The position numbers and the translations under genes are program-made. DNA of 63,567 bases, counting the filler, from Gonapodya sp. JEL0774 (Eukaryota): the NCBI GenBank assembly GCA_027604505.1. It is 41 parts of 41 records of this genome, joined end to end, with 100 filler letters (N's around TTAATTAATTAA, not from the genome) between each part and the next. Parts side by side here need not be neighbours in the genome. Positions count along the whole stretch, not along the records: positions 14,061 to 15,520 come from JADIIX010003113.1; positions 15,621 to 17,080 come from JADIIX010003114.1; positions 17,181 to 18,639 come from JADIIX010003115.1; positions 18,740 to 20,197 come from JADIIX010003116.1; positions 20,298 to 21,755 come from JADIIX010003117.1; positions 21,856 to 23,311 come from JADIIX010003118.1; positions 23,412 to 24,867 come from JADIIX010003119.1; positions 24,968 to 26,423 come from JADIIX010003120.1; 33 more parts are not named here. The stretch is one strand, 5' to 3'. The notes beneath the pieces are model-generated. The model was not told where the DNA came from and made no database searches. It was given only the letters and a program-made list of their open reading frames with translations. Shown here in pieces: positions 14,061-26,684 of the stretch (the first letter of the stretch is position 1; every line of letters starts with the position of its first letter).

Positions 14061-15502
14061 TCAGCCGCAAACTCCCTTTTCCGAGCTGCTTTGCAACCTC
14101 AACCTCGGGGGCGCGGGCCAAATCCACACCGGAGCTTCCCAGCCGATCCCGCGCACCATCACGATTGAGAAAGAAGTCGGCAACCAGTTGTCCACATTCA
14201 GCAAACCGTGTTTCGAGGTGAAGGTGGTGCTGCCAGACGAGCAGATGAAGAATACGTAGCTTTCAACAATGATCGCCAGAACCCACCGATCCTTCCATGA
14301 CAACTATCCTGGACTTGCCCCCACACGGATGCGCGAATCTATCTGCCGTACGGTCCTCAGGCGCAACTTTAGGATTGGAGAGGTTCGAGACCCAGTGGCC
14401 TCCAGCTGCGAGGACCATCCTGGCCAGGAAAATTAATGATAAATGGCGAGGAATGCACTTTATGCACTGAAAACGACGGGAAGAAGCATTCACATGGTCG
14501 GGCAAGTGATCTGCTGCATGAATTCTGCAACGACTGTGTCGGCCCACATCGGTCCCCGCGACATGGTCAGAGCCTGCCAAAAAATTTACGAGGGACTCAG
14601 CTATGGTTCACAAAAGGCTTTGCGTCATCATATAGTTCTCACCGGATCTGTCCTCCAGGTGTACCACACGTTCGTTTCATTCTTACTCGAGCCTTCGTCA
14701 TCTTCATCTTCAGTATCGTCCTCATCCCTTGCTTTCTTTGCTGCTTGCTCTCCACTCTTGACGCTCTTATCCGCATTTCCCTTTATCACGTACTTGCTCC
14801 GTGCCGTATCCTCTCCTGACGTCCCTTCCTCCGCCTCGAGCTCCACTTCCATCAGACCTCGGCTCACGAGAACCTTCGCCGCATCATACGTCAGCGGTAT
14901 GCGCGCGCCTGTAGAGCGTGCCACCAGTGCATCGTGCACGGACGCGTAGAGGGGCTTCCGCTTGTTGGCGGCCCGTTTCGTGTCGGAGATGCAGTGGCGT
15001 AAGAAGCTGGGATGCTCGCGTACAGGACGCCACCACATCCCAGCATTGTCAATGAGGGCAAGACCTTGGACGCGTTTAGGGTAGAGGCCAGCGTAGAGAG
15101 ATGAGACGGCACCGCCCTAGTTTTTGTTGGATAGGATCAGGTCCACTTGGTGGCGGAATTATGCGACAGCAACCGTCGCCACCCAGTCTCGTACCATTGA
15201 GTGTCCCAGAAGATAGAAATGCCTCCAACCCAGCTGCTCTCTTACCGCCTCGACATCCGCCACATTACGCCAATCTCCATATTCAGTCTGGCGGTGCCGA
15301 TAGTCGGACAGTCCGTGGCCTGCTAAGTCCAAGCAAACTACCGAGATTCTATGAGACGGGAACTGAGAGGAGTGGCACCGGTTGGAGTATTCGTTGGTCT
15401 GAGTATATGGGGAACATATTGGGCTAGCTCACCATTCGCAAAGCATGGGCGAGCAGCACCGGCATCATGCGATCCCACGTGGCGGCATTGTCGAGCCAGC
15501 CC
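14061..15502 (-). CDS. Alpha/beta hydrolase, SERHL-like (multi-exon, partial)
   Basis: GWLDNAATWD, CLDLAGHGLSD, LLGHSM|GGAVS nucleophile elbow, YPKRVQGLALID, HHLHLE catalytic His. Confidence 0.85.
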
Positions 15503-16180
15503 TTGAAGAGTTGAGATGAANNNNNNNNNNNNNNNNNNNNNNNNNNNNNNNNNNNNNNNNNNNNTTAATTAATTAANNNNNNNNNNNNNNNNNNNNNNNN
15601 NNNNNNNNNNNNNNNNNNNNATTGTGATGATAATCCAAATTGTTAATCGTCAAGCGCGTGTAATTTGTATCAAGGTGTCTTTCATTCAAATACGGATTGT
15701 TCCTACTTCCATATGCACTTGACAGATGCCTACTACGATGGACATGCCGCCTGACCCTGCCCTGTTGACAACACCTCACTACAAGGTGATGCGCGCGATT
15801 GGGTTACTGGATCAGAAGCTAGCGTTTTTTAACGCACTCCGCACTGTTATGCTCACATTACGGGGTGTTTACAGTAACAAGACCTCAAATTGTTTGTCTC
15901 GATGATAGATTTTTATGAGATACTCCCCTCAGAGTCTCATGGATTTCCAACACTACAAAAGTCGCTTTGTCCACAGCCGTTGGGTGCTGAATCCAATATA
16001 AATCAAGAAGTACAAAGCTTATTGTAACCAAGAAATATCTTTAATTGCTATTTGCCTTGGCAATCGGGCCTGACGAGAGGATGACTCGACGGCGAAACAG
16101 ATGAGGTTCCGATAGTGGCGCGGTGGTCCTCCAATAACGCCTGCCCACATAAACCCATTGCAACCAGTGATATCGTTTAC

Positions 16181-17080
16181 ATGCTCGCTCAAACGTCTCT
16201 TGCGCTTCTCCCCCTCCGCACTTCAACTCCGCTTCTCGTCCTCTCTGTCTCCCGCCTCGCCGCTGGTGCGAATTCCCGCCGTTCCCTCGCATCCGGCACA
16301 CAGCAATATGAGACGGGGCACCACCCACACAACTACTGGAGTGCGCAGAACTCCAATCACAGAGGACTGGGCATTTGGGGGCTGGAAGCAGACAAGCACC
16401 TCAAGGCGAAGGCCGTTGGGCCGCAGGGTGTGGCCAACAAGGTGCGTCCCCTTGTCGGAACGGTGGGGTCGACAGTGATATGACTCACCTTATCGCAACC
16501 ATCATCAGGCACAACGAGCAACAGTCTACGACATGATCATCAGAGACCACGAGTGAGTTCAAGAAATAGAAATTAATTGATGTAGCAACGAGCTTCGTTT
16601 TCTTTATGGCTCTCGGTGAACTCTTGACTCTCTATCGTCAACCCCGTACTCCACACTTCCATGCACTGCTCGAAAACAGGGTCATCCGCGACCTCCACCA
16701 AAAGTACCTTTCTCACCACGAAGATTCTAAGCGCGTCATGGTACTCAAACAGCGTGAGTTCTCGGGTTCATTCTCCGTAACAGATGATGTCAACATACCA
16801 ACGATCGCGACCTTCGTATGATGCACTCCCACTCTCTCCTCCCCCATCCTCCAGTCATCCGCGAAGTCTCTCTCCACGCCGCCGCTGAAGACCTCGTCAT
16901 CTACCCTGCCCTCTCCCACTTCACCCGCCTTTCGCCATCCCGTGCAATGATCGCCGACCCGCAGAAATCCCGCAAAGACCACCAACACGTCGAAGTGTTG
17001 CTTCACAAGATTCAATCGCTGCTCGTCACCGCGGACCCGGAGGCCCTCGCCGGAGAAGGTGACAAGGATAAGAGGAGGTA
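16181..17080 (+). CDS. Hemerythrin HHE-domain protein with putative mitochondrial presequence (multi-exon, 3' partial)
   Basis: Spliced VYDMIIRDH.VIRDLHQKY...IREVSLHAAAEDLVIYPAL...RKDHQHV. N-terminus is L/S/R-rich and lacks acidic residues. Confidence 0.75.
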
Positions 17081-17180
17081 NNNNNNNNNNNNNNNNNNNN
17101 NNNNNNNNNNNNNNNNNNNNNNNNTTAATTAATTAANNNNNNNNNNNNNNNNNNNNNNNNNNNNNNNNNNNNNNNNNNNN

Positions 17181-18639
17181 GCAAATCACGCTGAGGCGCG
17201 ATCAGCCACGGTGCCTGGAGATCTGGACGCGGCGAAGCACAACCTGAGGTGCTACGAGAATGCATTGCAGATTATCCTTGCAGGTATCAAAGCCGACGTA
17301 CCCTCGGCTGGCGAGGCGCCTCAGGTTGTGGAAGATCGAAAAAATGAGGCGAGGAGAGTGGGTGCAGAGTATATGAGCCAGGCTGAAGAGCTGGCACGGA
17401 AGATTAAGAAGATGGAGGAGGAGATGGACAGTGCGATACAAAGTGGTTTGAGAGAGGCGTTGGAGCTGAGCGATGGGGACGTTGACAAGGCCGGGTCTGT
17501 GACCGTGGAGAGTCCCGTCGAGCAGATAGAAACGAGCACAGGCGTCGTCGTTGCTCCACCAGTATTGGAATCAACGGAGATCGGTGGTCGGAATTCCGAA
17601 AGTATCGTTACTGATGTGGAAGGTCTTGGTGGGGAACCGGAGAGCGCTCTTGCAAGGGACGAACGCGAGTCAGCGTCCTACCCGAACAACTCTGATGGGT
17701 CCCTACCAAACCATTCGGACGATCGGGCACCAGATTTGGAGGATCTAGCTCCTCCCAGCCCGCAACTTGAGACGTCAAATCCTATCAGCACAGACCAGGT
17801 CCGGGCAGAGTCAGAGAATGCATTGACTGAGGAACGTTCCCTGGCTTCCTCCGAAGAGTGCGAACTCGAAACCAAAGGTTTGGAGCATGAGCACATTGGT
17901 GAAACTGCTGTCTTAATCGGCGACGGGAGTGCAGGAGGGACGGAGAATGCTGTGACTGAGGAACCTCCCCTGGCATCCTCAGAAGGAGGGAACCTCCAAG
18001 CTAAAGATCCGGAGAATGGACAGATTGGTGAAGCCGCTACCGTGATTGATGAAGGGAGTGCATCGAAGGAGGTTACTCCAGCCCAAGCCCCCATTCATCG
18101 AAACATCACCAATGCCGCGGAACCTTTACCCAGCGACCAAGCCCTCTCGAATATGACAGGGCCTACCCCTGTTAGCCCCGAGTATGCAACTCCTCCAGAG
18201 CCAAGCAGTCCGTCAGAACCGAGTCTTGTTCTTGTTGAACCCGTGGACGATCGCCTCGCGACCTTAGTAACGGCCCCATCACCAACGCGATTGCTTGATC
18301 GATCTGTACCGGCCAGAGATATTCCTGATGAGGATCTTTGGGTGATGGGACTTGCGCCAGAAGATCGAGGTGCCAGCTCCCCACCTGCGGATGCTGAGAC
18401 CGGAGAGGGGAGCCGCCCTTCTAGCATTTTTGAGCAACCACAAGTGGACGAGCCTGAGCCTGGTCCTCCTCTGTCCATCCAGATCCGAACTATATCACAA
18501 CAGAGGCGGCCTCCGCCTGATGTAGATCAGGGAGTCACTGCGCTCGAGCATGCGCGGGAGCGGCATTCTCAAGTGACTGCTACGTCGCTAATGTCATTGC
18601 CTAGCCTTCCTCTTGCTGCACTGTTCGGTGATTCACGCA
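17181..18639 (+). CDS. Large acidic, disordered protein with a possible MIT-like helical domain (partial)
   Basis: Frame open across the whole contig. YENALQIILAGIKAD...EYMSQAEEL resembles MIT helices. Confidence 0.5.
17814..18071 (+). repeat. Diverged 129-bp (43-aa) in-frame tandem duplication
   Basis: ENALTEERSLASSEE..IGETAVLIGDGSA versus ENAVTEEPPLASSEG..IGEAATVIDEGSA, starting at 17814 and 17943. Confidence 0.85.
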
Positions 18640-18739
18640 NNNNNNNNNNNNNNNNNNNNNNNNNNNNNNNNNNNNNNNNNNNNTTAATTAATTAANNNNN
18701 NNNNNNNNNNNNNNNNNNNNNNNNNNNNNNNNNNNNNNN

Positions 18740-19423
18740 GGGCAGTCGAAAACTCCACTGCAGTTCCACTTACTGTAGAAAGCCACAAGACCATTTATCA
18801 CCTTAGTTCCATTTTTTGTGTTCATGGCGTAGTCATAGAAAGGGGTACAACTGTTTTCCCGGACCAGGTCTCGAGAAACTCGTGTGGTGGATGAACACGA
18901 CTTGCTGTCAGAAAAGGTCTCCTCTGTATACCACTTGTGAAAGCAAAAGATGCAGAATAAGTATTTGCTAGAACGATAATCATGACGCTGGTTCGCGGAA
19001 GACTTACTCGGCTGGTAACGTTTCCGCCAATGAAACTGGCTAAGGTTGGAGATCCCTGAAACGTTGTATTGAAATCACAGCCCAGTTTTGCACTCCCCAA
19101 AGTTGTATTTCCTTTGAAGTCGAGTAAGATTGGCCTACAGGGAAGTGACAAGATGTCGCCCCTGTCTGGCGAAATTGTAAGGCAACTTGCGCTGATGGCT
19201 ACCCTATTCGGAATGCCTGACAGTGAAAAGAAGTTAGGCAAGACTGTCAGCTGGGCGATCAAAGATGCCATCGCGGATCCGATTGTTGGAAATCTCCCTC
19301 ACCTGTACAGTCTGGAGAATCGTACCAGATGTTGTACTCAACTGCCTTCACTTCCATAGACATTGATAGGAAGGCACCGATAGCGATTACAAGATGGGAG
19401 ACAAAGCATCGGAGTGTCCCCAT
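18740..19423 (-). CDS. Hypothetical, possibly secreted protein (partial)
   Basis: MGTLRCFVSHLVIAIGAFLS signal-like start, followed by a 149-aa open frame. Confidence 0.3.
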
Positions 19424-20297
19424 GGAATATCTTCTGGTTGATGTTCGTTCTGTCGGTAAATGACACTGAACATATTCAAGGAGGAGGCAGTTGAGATCGA
19501 TGACCGCCGCATGCCCGCCAGGGGAGGCCACAACATCCAGTCGCTTCCTGCATTGAACTCTTAGTTTCACTCGGTAGAGACGTCAAGATTCGCACTCCGA
19601 TTTGATGAAGCGGTTCGGCTCCCTGTTTTGCTTTCATATTCCCACGCGCGCTGTGTACATCCTGTTGTGATTGCATGCGGCTTATAACTGGCGACATGGC
19701 AATATAGCTCTCGAGCAGCTACTTATTTGGAAAGTGACTACAAGCTCTCTATAGGTAGACTTAAGATGAACAGAAAGGCAACCGAAAATACTTGATTTGG
19801 AGCGGACTACAGCCGACATGGGAACTAAAGCCACTCGGCCGGTACTTATGTAGTGGATCCTAATAATTATGGGAATTAGCAAATGCAACCTTCTTAGTCG
19901 AGCCAGGTGATGTTGGAGATGTAATCAGTGTCTCGATATCTGTTATTTGATTGCACTGTGTCAGAGAGGTTGTCGAGACCTGTAATGGATTCGCCGCCGA
20001 TACTTGTTTCTGATCGTTACAGACACGCGCCACAGTTTTGCACTGCAAGTACCAAAATAAAAATGATATCGGCCGTGCTTTCTTACATAGTCGCTCAAAC
20101 CGCTGTGTCACAAACTGTTTTGACCTCGTGGCATTGAGTGGCGCAGCCACCGTTCCACAAACAGCGGTGCTGGCATGATTTCCCGCTTCACGGTCAANNN
20201 NNNNNNNNNNNNNNNNNNNNNNNNNNNNNNNNNNNNNNNNNTTAATTAATTAANNNNNNNNNNNNNNNNNNNNNNNNNNNNNNNNNNNNNNNNNNNN

Positions 20298-20918
20298 GGG
20301 AGTATTGTCGGAGAACTTTCCATGCCGTGAGTGCGGTCTATGCGGACTTCATCATCGAAACTGGAGTAGTAACCAAAATCGCTACTTGATCTGCACAATA
20401 AGATTTTGTGGTGTTTACTGTACGTTTTGAAGCCCCCAATGATCTTGGGCTCAGTCGTACGTTCCCGCACTCACTTTGATCGCTCTCTCCACTCTTATGT
20501 GGGACTTTCAGGTTCCTCAAAGGCAGCACTCCACGCGTTCACCGACAGTCTCCGTATGGAGCTCTCCCCTTTTGGTGTACGAGTCCTCTCGCTGAAGACC
20601 GGGGCCATTGCCTCCAAACTAGGGGCCAACTCACTCACCTCTCCCGTGCCGGAGGGAAGCTTATACAAGTCGTGGGAGCATTACATGGGACTTAACAGCA
20701 AAGCCAGCGCGACTGTGTCCACGCCGGCGGAGGTCTTTGCACGTACGGTGGTGAACGAAGTATTGAGTGGCAGCAAACGAGAACTGTGGGCAGGTGCCGA
20801 CTCGTGGACCTTTTGGTTTATGAAAAACTGCCTACCATACTCTTTCGTGCAGTATATGATCAGGCGCAATTTCGGATTAGCAGGAAGCCAACCACCCCGT
20901 GCTGTCGTCGACAACTGA
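20298..20918 (+). CDS. Short-chain dehydrogenase (AYR1-like), 5' partial
   Basis: GSIVGELSMP|FCGVY|CSSKAALHAFTDSLRMELSPFGVRV. The YxxxK motif is assembled through micro-exon 20403-20419. Confidence 0.9.
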
Positions 20919-22187
20919 GATCATTTTTGATGATCCCCCAGTAATGCAGATACGGGGGGCTCATAATAGTTATCCGCGAATGGAGTTAGTAGTAGTCATG
21001 TTTGTATCATGTGTTGTATTCGCGTGCAGAGCAGCCGGCAAGCATTCTGAAGCCTCCCATCAGTCCATCTCTCCCTCCACGGCCATGGGCGACTTTGGAC
21101 TTGGTCTACCGCCGGCTATTTTGTCTCAGGTCCCAGCGACACCGAATGTCGCTCAGCAGCAGCAGTTGAATCGGGTTCAGGAAAACCTGATACGAATACA
21201 GCAAGGCGAGTTGCAGAGTATGAGGCTAGAACTACTGCAATCGTAATCGAAAAGATATACTGTGCGCGGGATCGTGGGAAACAAGGACGACAGAGCATTT
21301 GGTTGTGGAGCCGTCGTTGACTCGGAGATTGCGATGTCGAAGGAGTGCTATAGCAGTATACCGACCATCAACAAGCAACCTTGAGTTCTCCAGCAAGCTT
21401 GCCTGGATAAGGATCCATGTTTTGAATTACCTTGCTGGATATGTCATGGGAGGAACGCCGATATCTATGTATGGAGAGCGGAACTCGACGGGAGGAACTG
21501 TCTTATGTTTGATGATTTGACACTATGCACCTCCAGCTGCTCAAGCTCAAGCTCAAGCGGCTCAAGTTGCGCAGTATGGACAATCGAACGCAAACATGAA
21601 TGGCTCTCAGTTCTCTGGACTTCTCTCCGTGAGTAACATGCGACATTTCCACAGAAAGCAGGACTAGCAACCGCATATCTTTCGAGTTTTATTGGCCACC
21701 CTGATCACAATGTAAAATATTTCAAATTTCGCCAGACACTTTCCGCTGGGGCAGTNNNNNNNNNNNNNNNNNNNNNNNNNNNNNNNNNNNNNNNNNNNNT
21801 TAATTAATTAANNNNNNNNNNNNNNNNNNNNNNNNNNNNNNNNNNNNNNNNNNNNGCGACATCCACCAGCTTACGGATCGACCAAGAAGCACAGTCAGAC
21901 TGAGGCGACATTTCACAACATTCGGGCTCAGTAGGTACCCAATATTGAGTTATTACACTAGTCCGTCAAGCCACAGTAACCACCCTCTTGCACCAGCCAG
22001 CAAATACGTTGTGGTTGCAATGTGGTGCCCTTGTGGCGTGTGCATCAAGTTGCGTTGTAGAGGCGTCACTACCCTTTTTTTTTTGGATCGATACCACCCT
22101 ACATAGCCAATACTCTATTGGGAATACTCGAGTAAAAACCCAGTACGTACTCGATGGGAATTTAATTTGAGCTTCAGTAAGCTTTCA

Positions 22188-23311
22188 ATGCCGCAAGAGA
22201 CCCAACAAAGGATTGAGCCCTTTCCAACCGTTGTGGTAGAGCCGCTTCCTCCCATCAGCTCCTCCACAAAGCTCAATTTTGCTGAAGAAAAATTGTCCAT
22301 CATGACGCTGCGGACCGTTCGGCTTGAGCACAACGATGTCGTTAAGGTAAGTTCTTTTCATGACAATGGCTAAACGGGACGCGGTGTGCAGACCCTTTTC
22401 ACTCCCACTGATCCTGCATCAAGATCTTCTTCTTCCGGAATGGGGAAGAGCCAGAAACGCACGAGGAATTCCTAGCCATCATAGCTTCCAAGATTCCGAC
22501 CATCGTTCTCGCTCTGGCGAACCACGTGCTGAGAATGTTTTACGTGGAGCGGGATTCCCGGACAAAGGTCGCGTTGGAAGATGACGACGATATACTTGCC
22601 ATGTTTCACGATAATCCTCCCGAGGAACGCCTTCATCTTGTTGCAATTCTTGAAAATGTGGGTTGTCTTATCAAGTGCTCTAGCGTTGTCGATGCAATCG
22701 GAAGTTTCGAGGTCGCAGGTACATCCATTGAATCGCCATCTGGTTCTTTCTCCCGAACGGCTCGAAAAGTTCATGGAGCAATACCTTCGCCGAAACAACT
22801 TACCCGGTGCCAAGGAACACATCCCACGGAACGCCAGTGACACAAACATCTCAATGGTCTCAAATCCGCCCACGATTCTGCACCTTCCTTCGATAAACGA
22901 CGGAACAACCGCGCCATCGAAAAAATCGTCTGCTGAAACAGTCAGAAACAATAGCATCTCTTCAAACAACAGTAGATACCCCTCACAATCCCAACCCTCT
23001 TCGGCCGCCATGAGGAATGAAAATGTGTCGTCACTAGAATTTCAAACGTCGGCACCCGTGCCTACAGAGCGCGAGTGGCGTCTGCTTCTTGAGTCCAAGC
23101 AAATGGGTGTATGGTCAGAAGTCAGTCTTGACCTCACCGGGGATCATCTTCGAAGGGTAATCGAGACCTGGCAACTGCTCAAAGCCGAACCTGAAAATGC
23201 GGAGAAGTTTTCTCAAATGGTCCTTGAGGGGCTCTTGCAGCAGAATCCAGGTGACTTTATTGATCATGACGGCATGTTACTCTTACGTGAGGTAATCTAC
23301 GTGCGGTCTCC
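22188..23311 (+). CDS. Hypothetical protein with a possible PB1-like domain (multi-exon, partial)
   Basis: LRMFYVERDSRTKVALEDDDDILAMF resembles the PB1 acidic motif. A long open downstream exon follows. Confidence 0.35.
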
Positions 23312-23617
23312 NNNNNNNNNNNNNNNNNNNNNNNNNNNNNNNNNNNNNNNNNNNNTTAATTAATTAANNNNNNNNNNNNNNNNNNNNNNNNNNNNNNNNN
23401 NNNNNNNNNNNGACTGAGGAATGGGCTGATTGGACACGGGTTTCCCCTTGTGTGACTTGGGCGGCATCCTTGGTGTTCAGACGCCAGGGAATCGACAGGG
23501 TCGGTGGATATGCAGGGAGTACGGACGGTGCTGTGGTCGCCAAATGCGAAGACCGGTCTTTGCACGGTCCATCAGTCCCTGGCCACGATCACTTCGATCG
23601 TCCCTGTCCCTCGTCCT

Positions 23618-23622
<5 letters not shown>

Positions 23623-23655
<33 letters not shown>

Positions 23656-23656
23656 G
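23623..23656 (+). repeat. (CT)n microsatellite in a pyrimidine-rich intron
   Basis: ctctctctc... run visible directly. Confidence 0.9.
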
Positions 23657-23849
23657 CGTCATCGATCCCTTCCCCCCATTTGTCTCCCACTCCATCTGTC
23701 TCCCCCTCTCCCTCCCATGTCTCCCGCATCCTCGAATCCTTGCGTGTACGGTGCTGTCTCCTCTTCTTCCCATGCTGACATCATCTCATCTCCCCTCTCC
23801 TCAACCCCTCTTCCCCCTCTCTCACCATCTTCCCCCCCTCCTCCCCCAG

Positions 23850-24867
23850 TTGCAAGATGTGCACATGCGGCAAACACAAGAGACTCTGCACCTGTGGAAT
23901 TGTAGAGAGGAATCCCCCTCTCGACGGCGCAACTGGTCTGTGCCCTCACTGATCCCTTGCCTTCTCTTCCCTATTCAATTCTCTTTCCCTTCCCTTCCTT
24001 CCACCCCATCTGCCTTGATCTCTCCCATCTGCATCTCTACCCACTCACTCCCTCCCTCCCTCCCTCCCTCAACCCCACAGAATACTCCAAAAACTTCAAA
24101 CCCAACTCCGGCTTCAGACCTGACCGTGTCCGTAAGCTCGCACTCTACCAGCCCTCTCCTGACCCCATAGAGTCCGTCACCGAGAACAGGGCTCAGTACG
24201 TGCCCAAATCTCTCAAGGCCAGGGCCACAGTGAGTTCATAGATGTGGTGGTGAGGGTGACGCAGATCAGCGAGAGGAGAGAGGGAGAGGTCAGCAGATCA
24301 GTGAGAGGAGAGAGGTAGAGGGTAGCGAAGAGAGCCGGTTGAGTTGTGTGGTGCTGTCTAGAGTTGTGGAGCCTGTGCTGTGGTTCCCTCCCGCCGCGTC
24401 ACGACTCGTGTTGATCGGACATCCCGTATCCCGTGCACACCACTGACACCCACACACCGATCCCCTCCACCCCCCCCCCTCTCCCCCTTCAACCCTTAGC
24501 CCATCATCAAACCTCCCGAATACCACCCGGCCACCTCGGCCTTTGAAGGCGTGTCCACATCCAAGGCAGACTACCGCGGAGTGGGCGCCCCGAGGACTGA
24601 GAGTTCGCATAAGCAGGAGGAGTATGTGTGGTAAGTGGGAGGGGCCGGGGGGGTGTGGGGTGGAGGGGGGTGGGGCGGGGGAGGAGGAGAGGGTTGGGGA
24701 GTGCAAGGGTTGAGACATAGCCAATGGCCAGACCGGAGTTGTCCACCTGGCACCATCCTTGTACTCACCGTCCCACACACCCCAACCCCCCACTCGACCA
24801 GCGCCCCCGACTCCCGCGACTTCCAATCCGTCACCGCGGCCTCGTACGTGCAGCACCACGTGACGGC
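23850..24867 (+). CDS. SAXO/STOP (FAM154)-like axonemal microtubule stabiliser (multi-exon, partial)
   Basis: CKMCTCGKH Cys motif and Mn-like repeats: ESVTENRAQY, FEGVSTSKADY, DFQSVTAASY. Confidence 0.7.
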
Positions 24868-24967
24868 NNNNNNNNNNNNNNNNNNNNNNNNNNNNNNNNN
24901 NNNNNNNNNNNTTAATTAATTAANNNNNNNNNNNNNNNNNNNNNNNNNNNNNNNNNNNNNNNNNNNN

Positions 24968-25250
24968 AAGAATGTGCGACGCTTTGGAATTCATCACAGG
25001 TGCAAATGTTTCGTTGTAATCAATTCCATGCTGCTGTGTGAAACCACGTGCCACCCAGCATGCTTTAAAGCGCACCGAGTTGTTGGACAGCTGTTTCAGC
25101 GCATAAACCCACTTTCCTATCAAAACTGGCACTCCCTTTTGCTTTTCCACCAACTCCCAAGTCCCAAATTTGCGAAGTGCTCCAACTTCCACTTCCATGG
25201 CCAATTGCCAATACTTTGCATAAGGGCTATCCATTGCTTGTTTGTAAGAC
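24968..25250 (-). mobile_element. Ty1/copia reverse transcriptase fragment (degenerate)
   Basis: WQLAMEVEVGALRKFGTWELV, KWVY, RFKACWVARGFTQQHGIDYNETFAPV. Confidence 0.93.
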
Positions 25251-26423
25251 TGTTGAGGTTATAAATGTCCGGGGTTCCAATATGTGATAGAGAGTTATGT
25301 GTGAGGGCTTGTGTGTTGTGTGAAGGGTATTTTTTGTACAGTAAATTGTGTGCACAGAGAAACAAGTGAGAATCCATCCCAAATTGATCTCAACAGGTTA
25401 TGAGCCCAGATTGACTATATCAATCATCCAGCCATCTATTTTGAGGTTCTCTGTGCTGCATCAAGGTCAGGGGCTACTTTTACATCTGGCTAAGGGTGTT
25501 CTGGATATGCAGAGACGTCCTCGAGCCAAACTCGTTCATCAATACCCCATTTTGATTATATCAGTCAAAAGACTTTATAAGGCCTTTCTCTCGCTCCAAG
25601 TTTCACCTCAAACGGTTCATAGGTTGTGGAGATATCCTTACTCAAACATTTCCGCTCGATTGGGTGATCGAAGCGGAACCAATTGAGCGCCAGAATCGCG
25701 AGTATCATCTCAGAGCGCGTTACTTTAAGAGCTTTCAGACGATATAAGTTTCATCCAGATCGGACTATTTTTGGTTGTGTTATTGCTGCTCAAAGTTCCT
25801 TGGCTTATTCCATCAGGAGGTGTCAGTCTATTGAGCCTTACAATTTGGCAATCCGAGAGACATCTATTAAGATATTCATCCAGTCAAATTTGAGGAATTT
25901 GAAGTTTCTGGGTTTCTCAATATTGAAGTACGGGTCGAGTTTGGATGCTGAATAGTTCAACAACGGACATTGATAGAAGGACGCGGATACTCCACATCCA
26001 TACCAAGTAATTGTGGATTCCATTGAGCTTCTGCGTCACTCTTTTTGCCAGTGAATCGTACTTTCATGTGTTGCTCATGGTTGATTCGACGTGGCGTGAA
26101 TGGGAGTCCCTGATTCAATGTCCAAATCCATCGAAATTTCCACCTTCAGAGCTCCAGGCTCATAACCTAATGAGCTTTTGTGGACACCCCCCCTTAGACT
26201 TTTGCTCGTAGGTCCGTCGGGGAGGGGACAATCAATCATCTAGGTCTCAAACTTTACAGATATTTGATGCAGACAAGAACCCAGTTGGGTTGCTTGCTTA
26301 TGTTTCTACACTTGATCCAAATGGTGAGCCAATGGCTCTGAATGCTCATGCTTTTCCTGCAACAGCCAGCAGATCTGGCAGAGTTTTAGTTGATTCTGGT
26401 GCAACTGATTGCATTACCTCTGA
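25251..26423 (+). mobile_element. Second copia element: 145-bp 5' LTR, PBS, decayed gag region, protease start
   Basis: LTR TGTTGAG(25251)...CTCAACA(25395), PBS GGTTATGAGCCCAG (25396-25409), and VLVDSGATDCIT at about 26380-26420. Confidence 0.85.
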
Positions 26424-26523
26424 NNNNNNNNNNNNNNNNNNNNNNNNNNNNNNNNNNNNNNNNNNNNTTAATTAATTAANNNNNNNNNNNNNNNNNNNNN
26501 NNNNNNNNNNNNNNNNNNNNNNN

Positions 26524-26684
26524 AGGCCCACAACTTCGGTGCCGATGGCCGGAGTGTAATTGATGATCTCTTTAGCAGCATTGATGATGGAGCGTTTGGC
26601 CGGATCGGCCTTCTTGCCAGCCAAGAGGCGGCGTGCGGGTGCAGGTGCTGCAGGTGTTGTTGGGACACTGGTTTGGGTAGACAT
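26524..26684 (-). CDS. TauD-like alpha-ketoglutarate dioxygenase, N-terminus
   Basis: YTPAIGTEVVG motif at the contig end. Confidence 0.6.

Noticed and set aside
20406..20530. Apparent loss of the catalytic Tyr in the SDR
   Set aside because: Explained by the 17-nt micro-exon.
23430..24170. Long Pro/Leu/Ser-rich ORFs, and similar ones in the ALT and PRS contigs
   Set aside because: They arise from stop-poor C- or G-rich introns and are not credible proteins.
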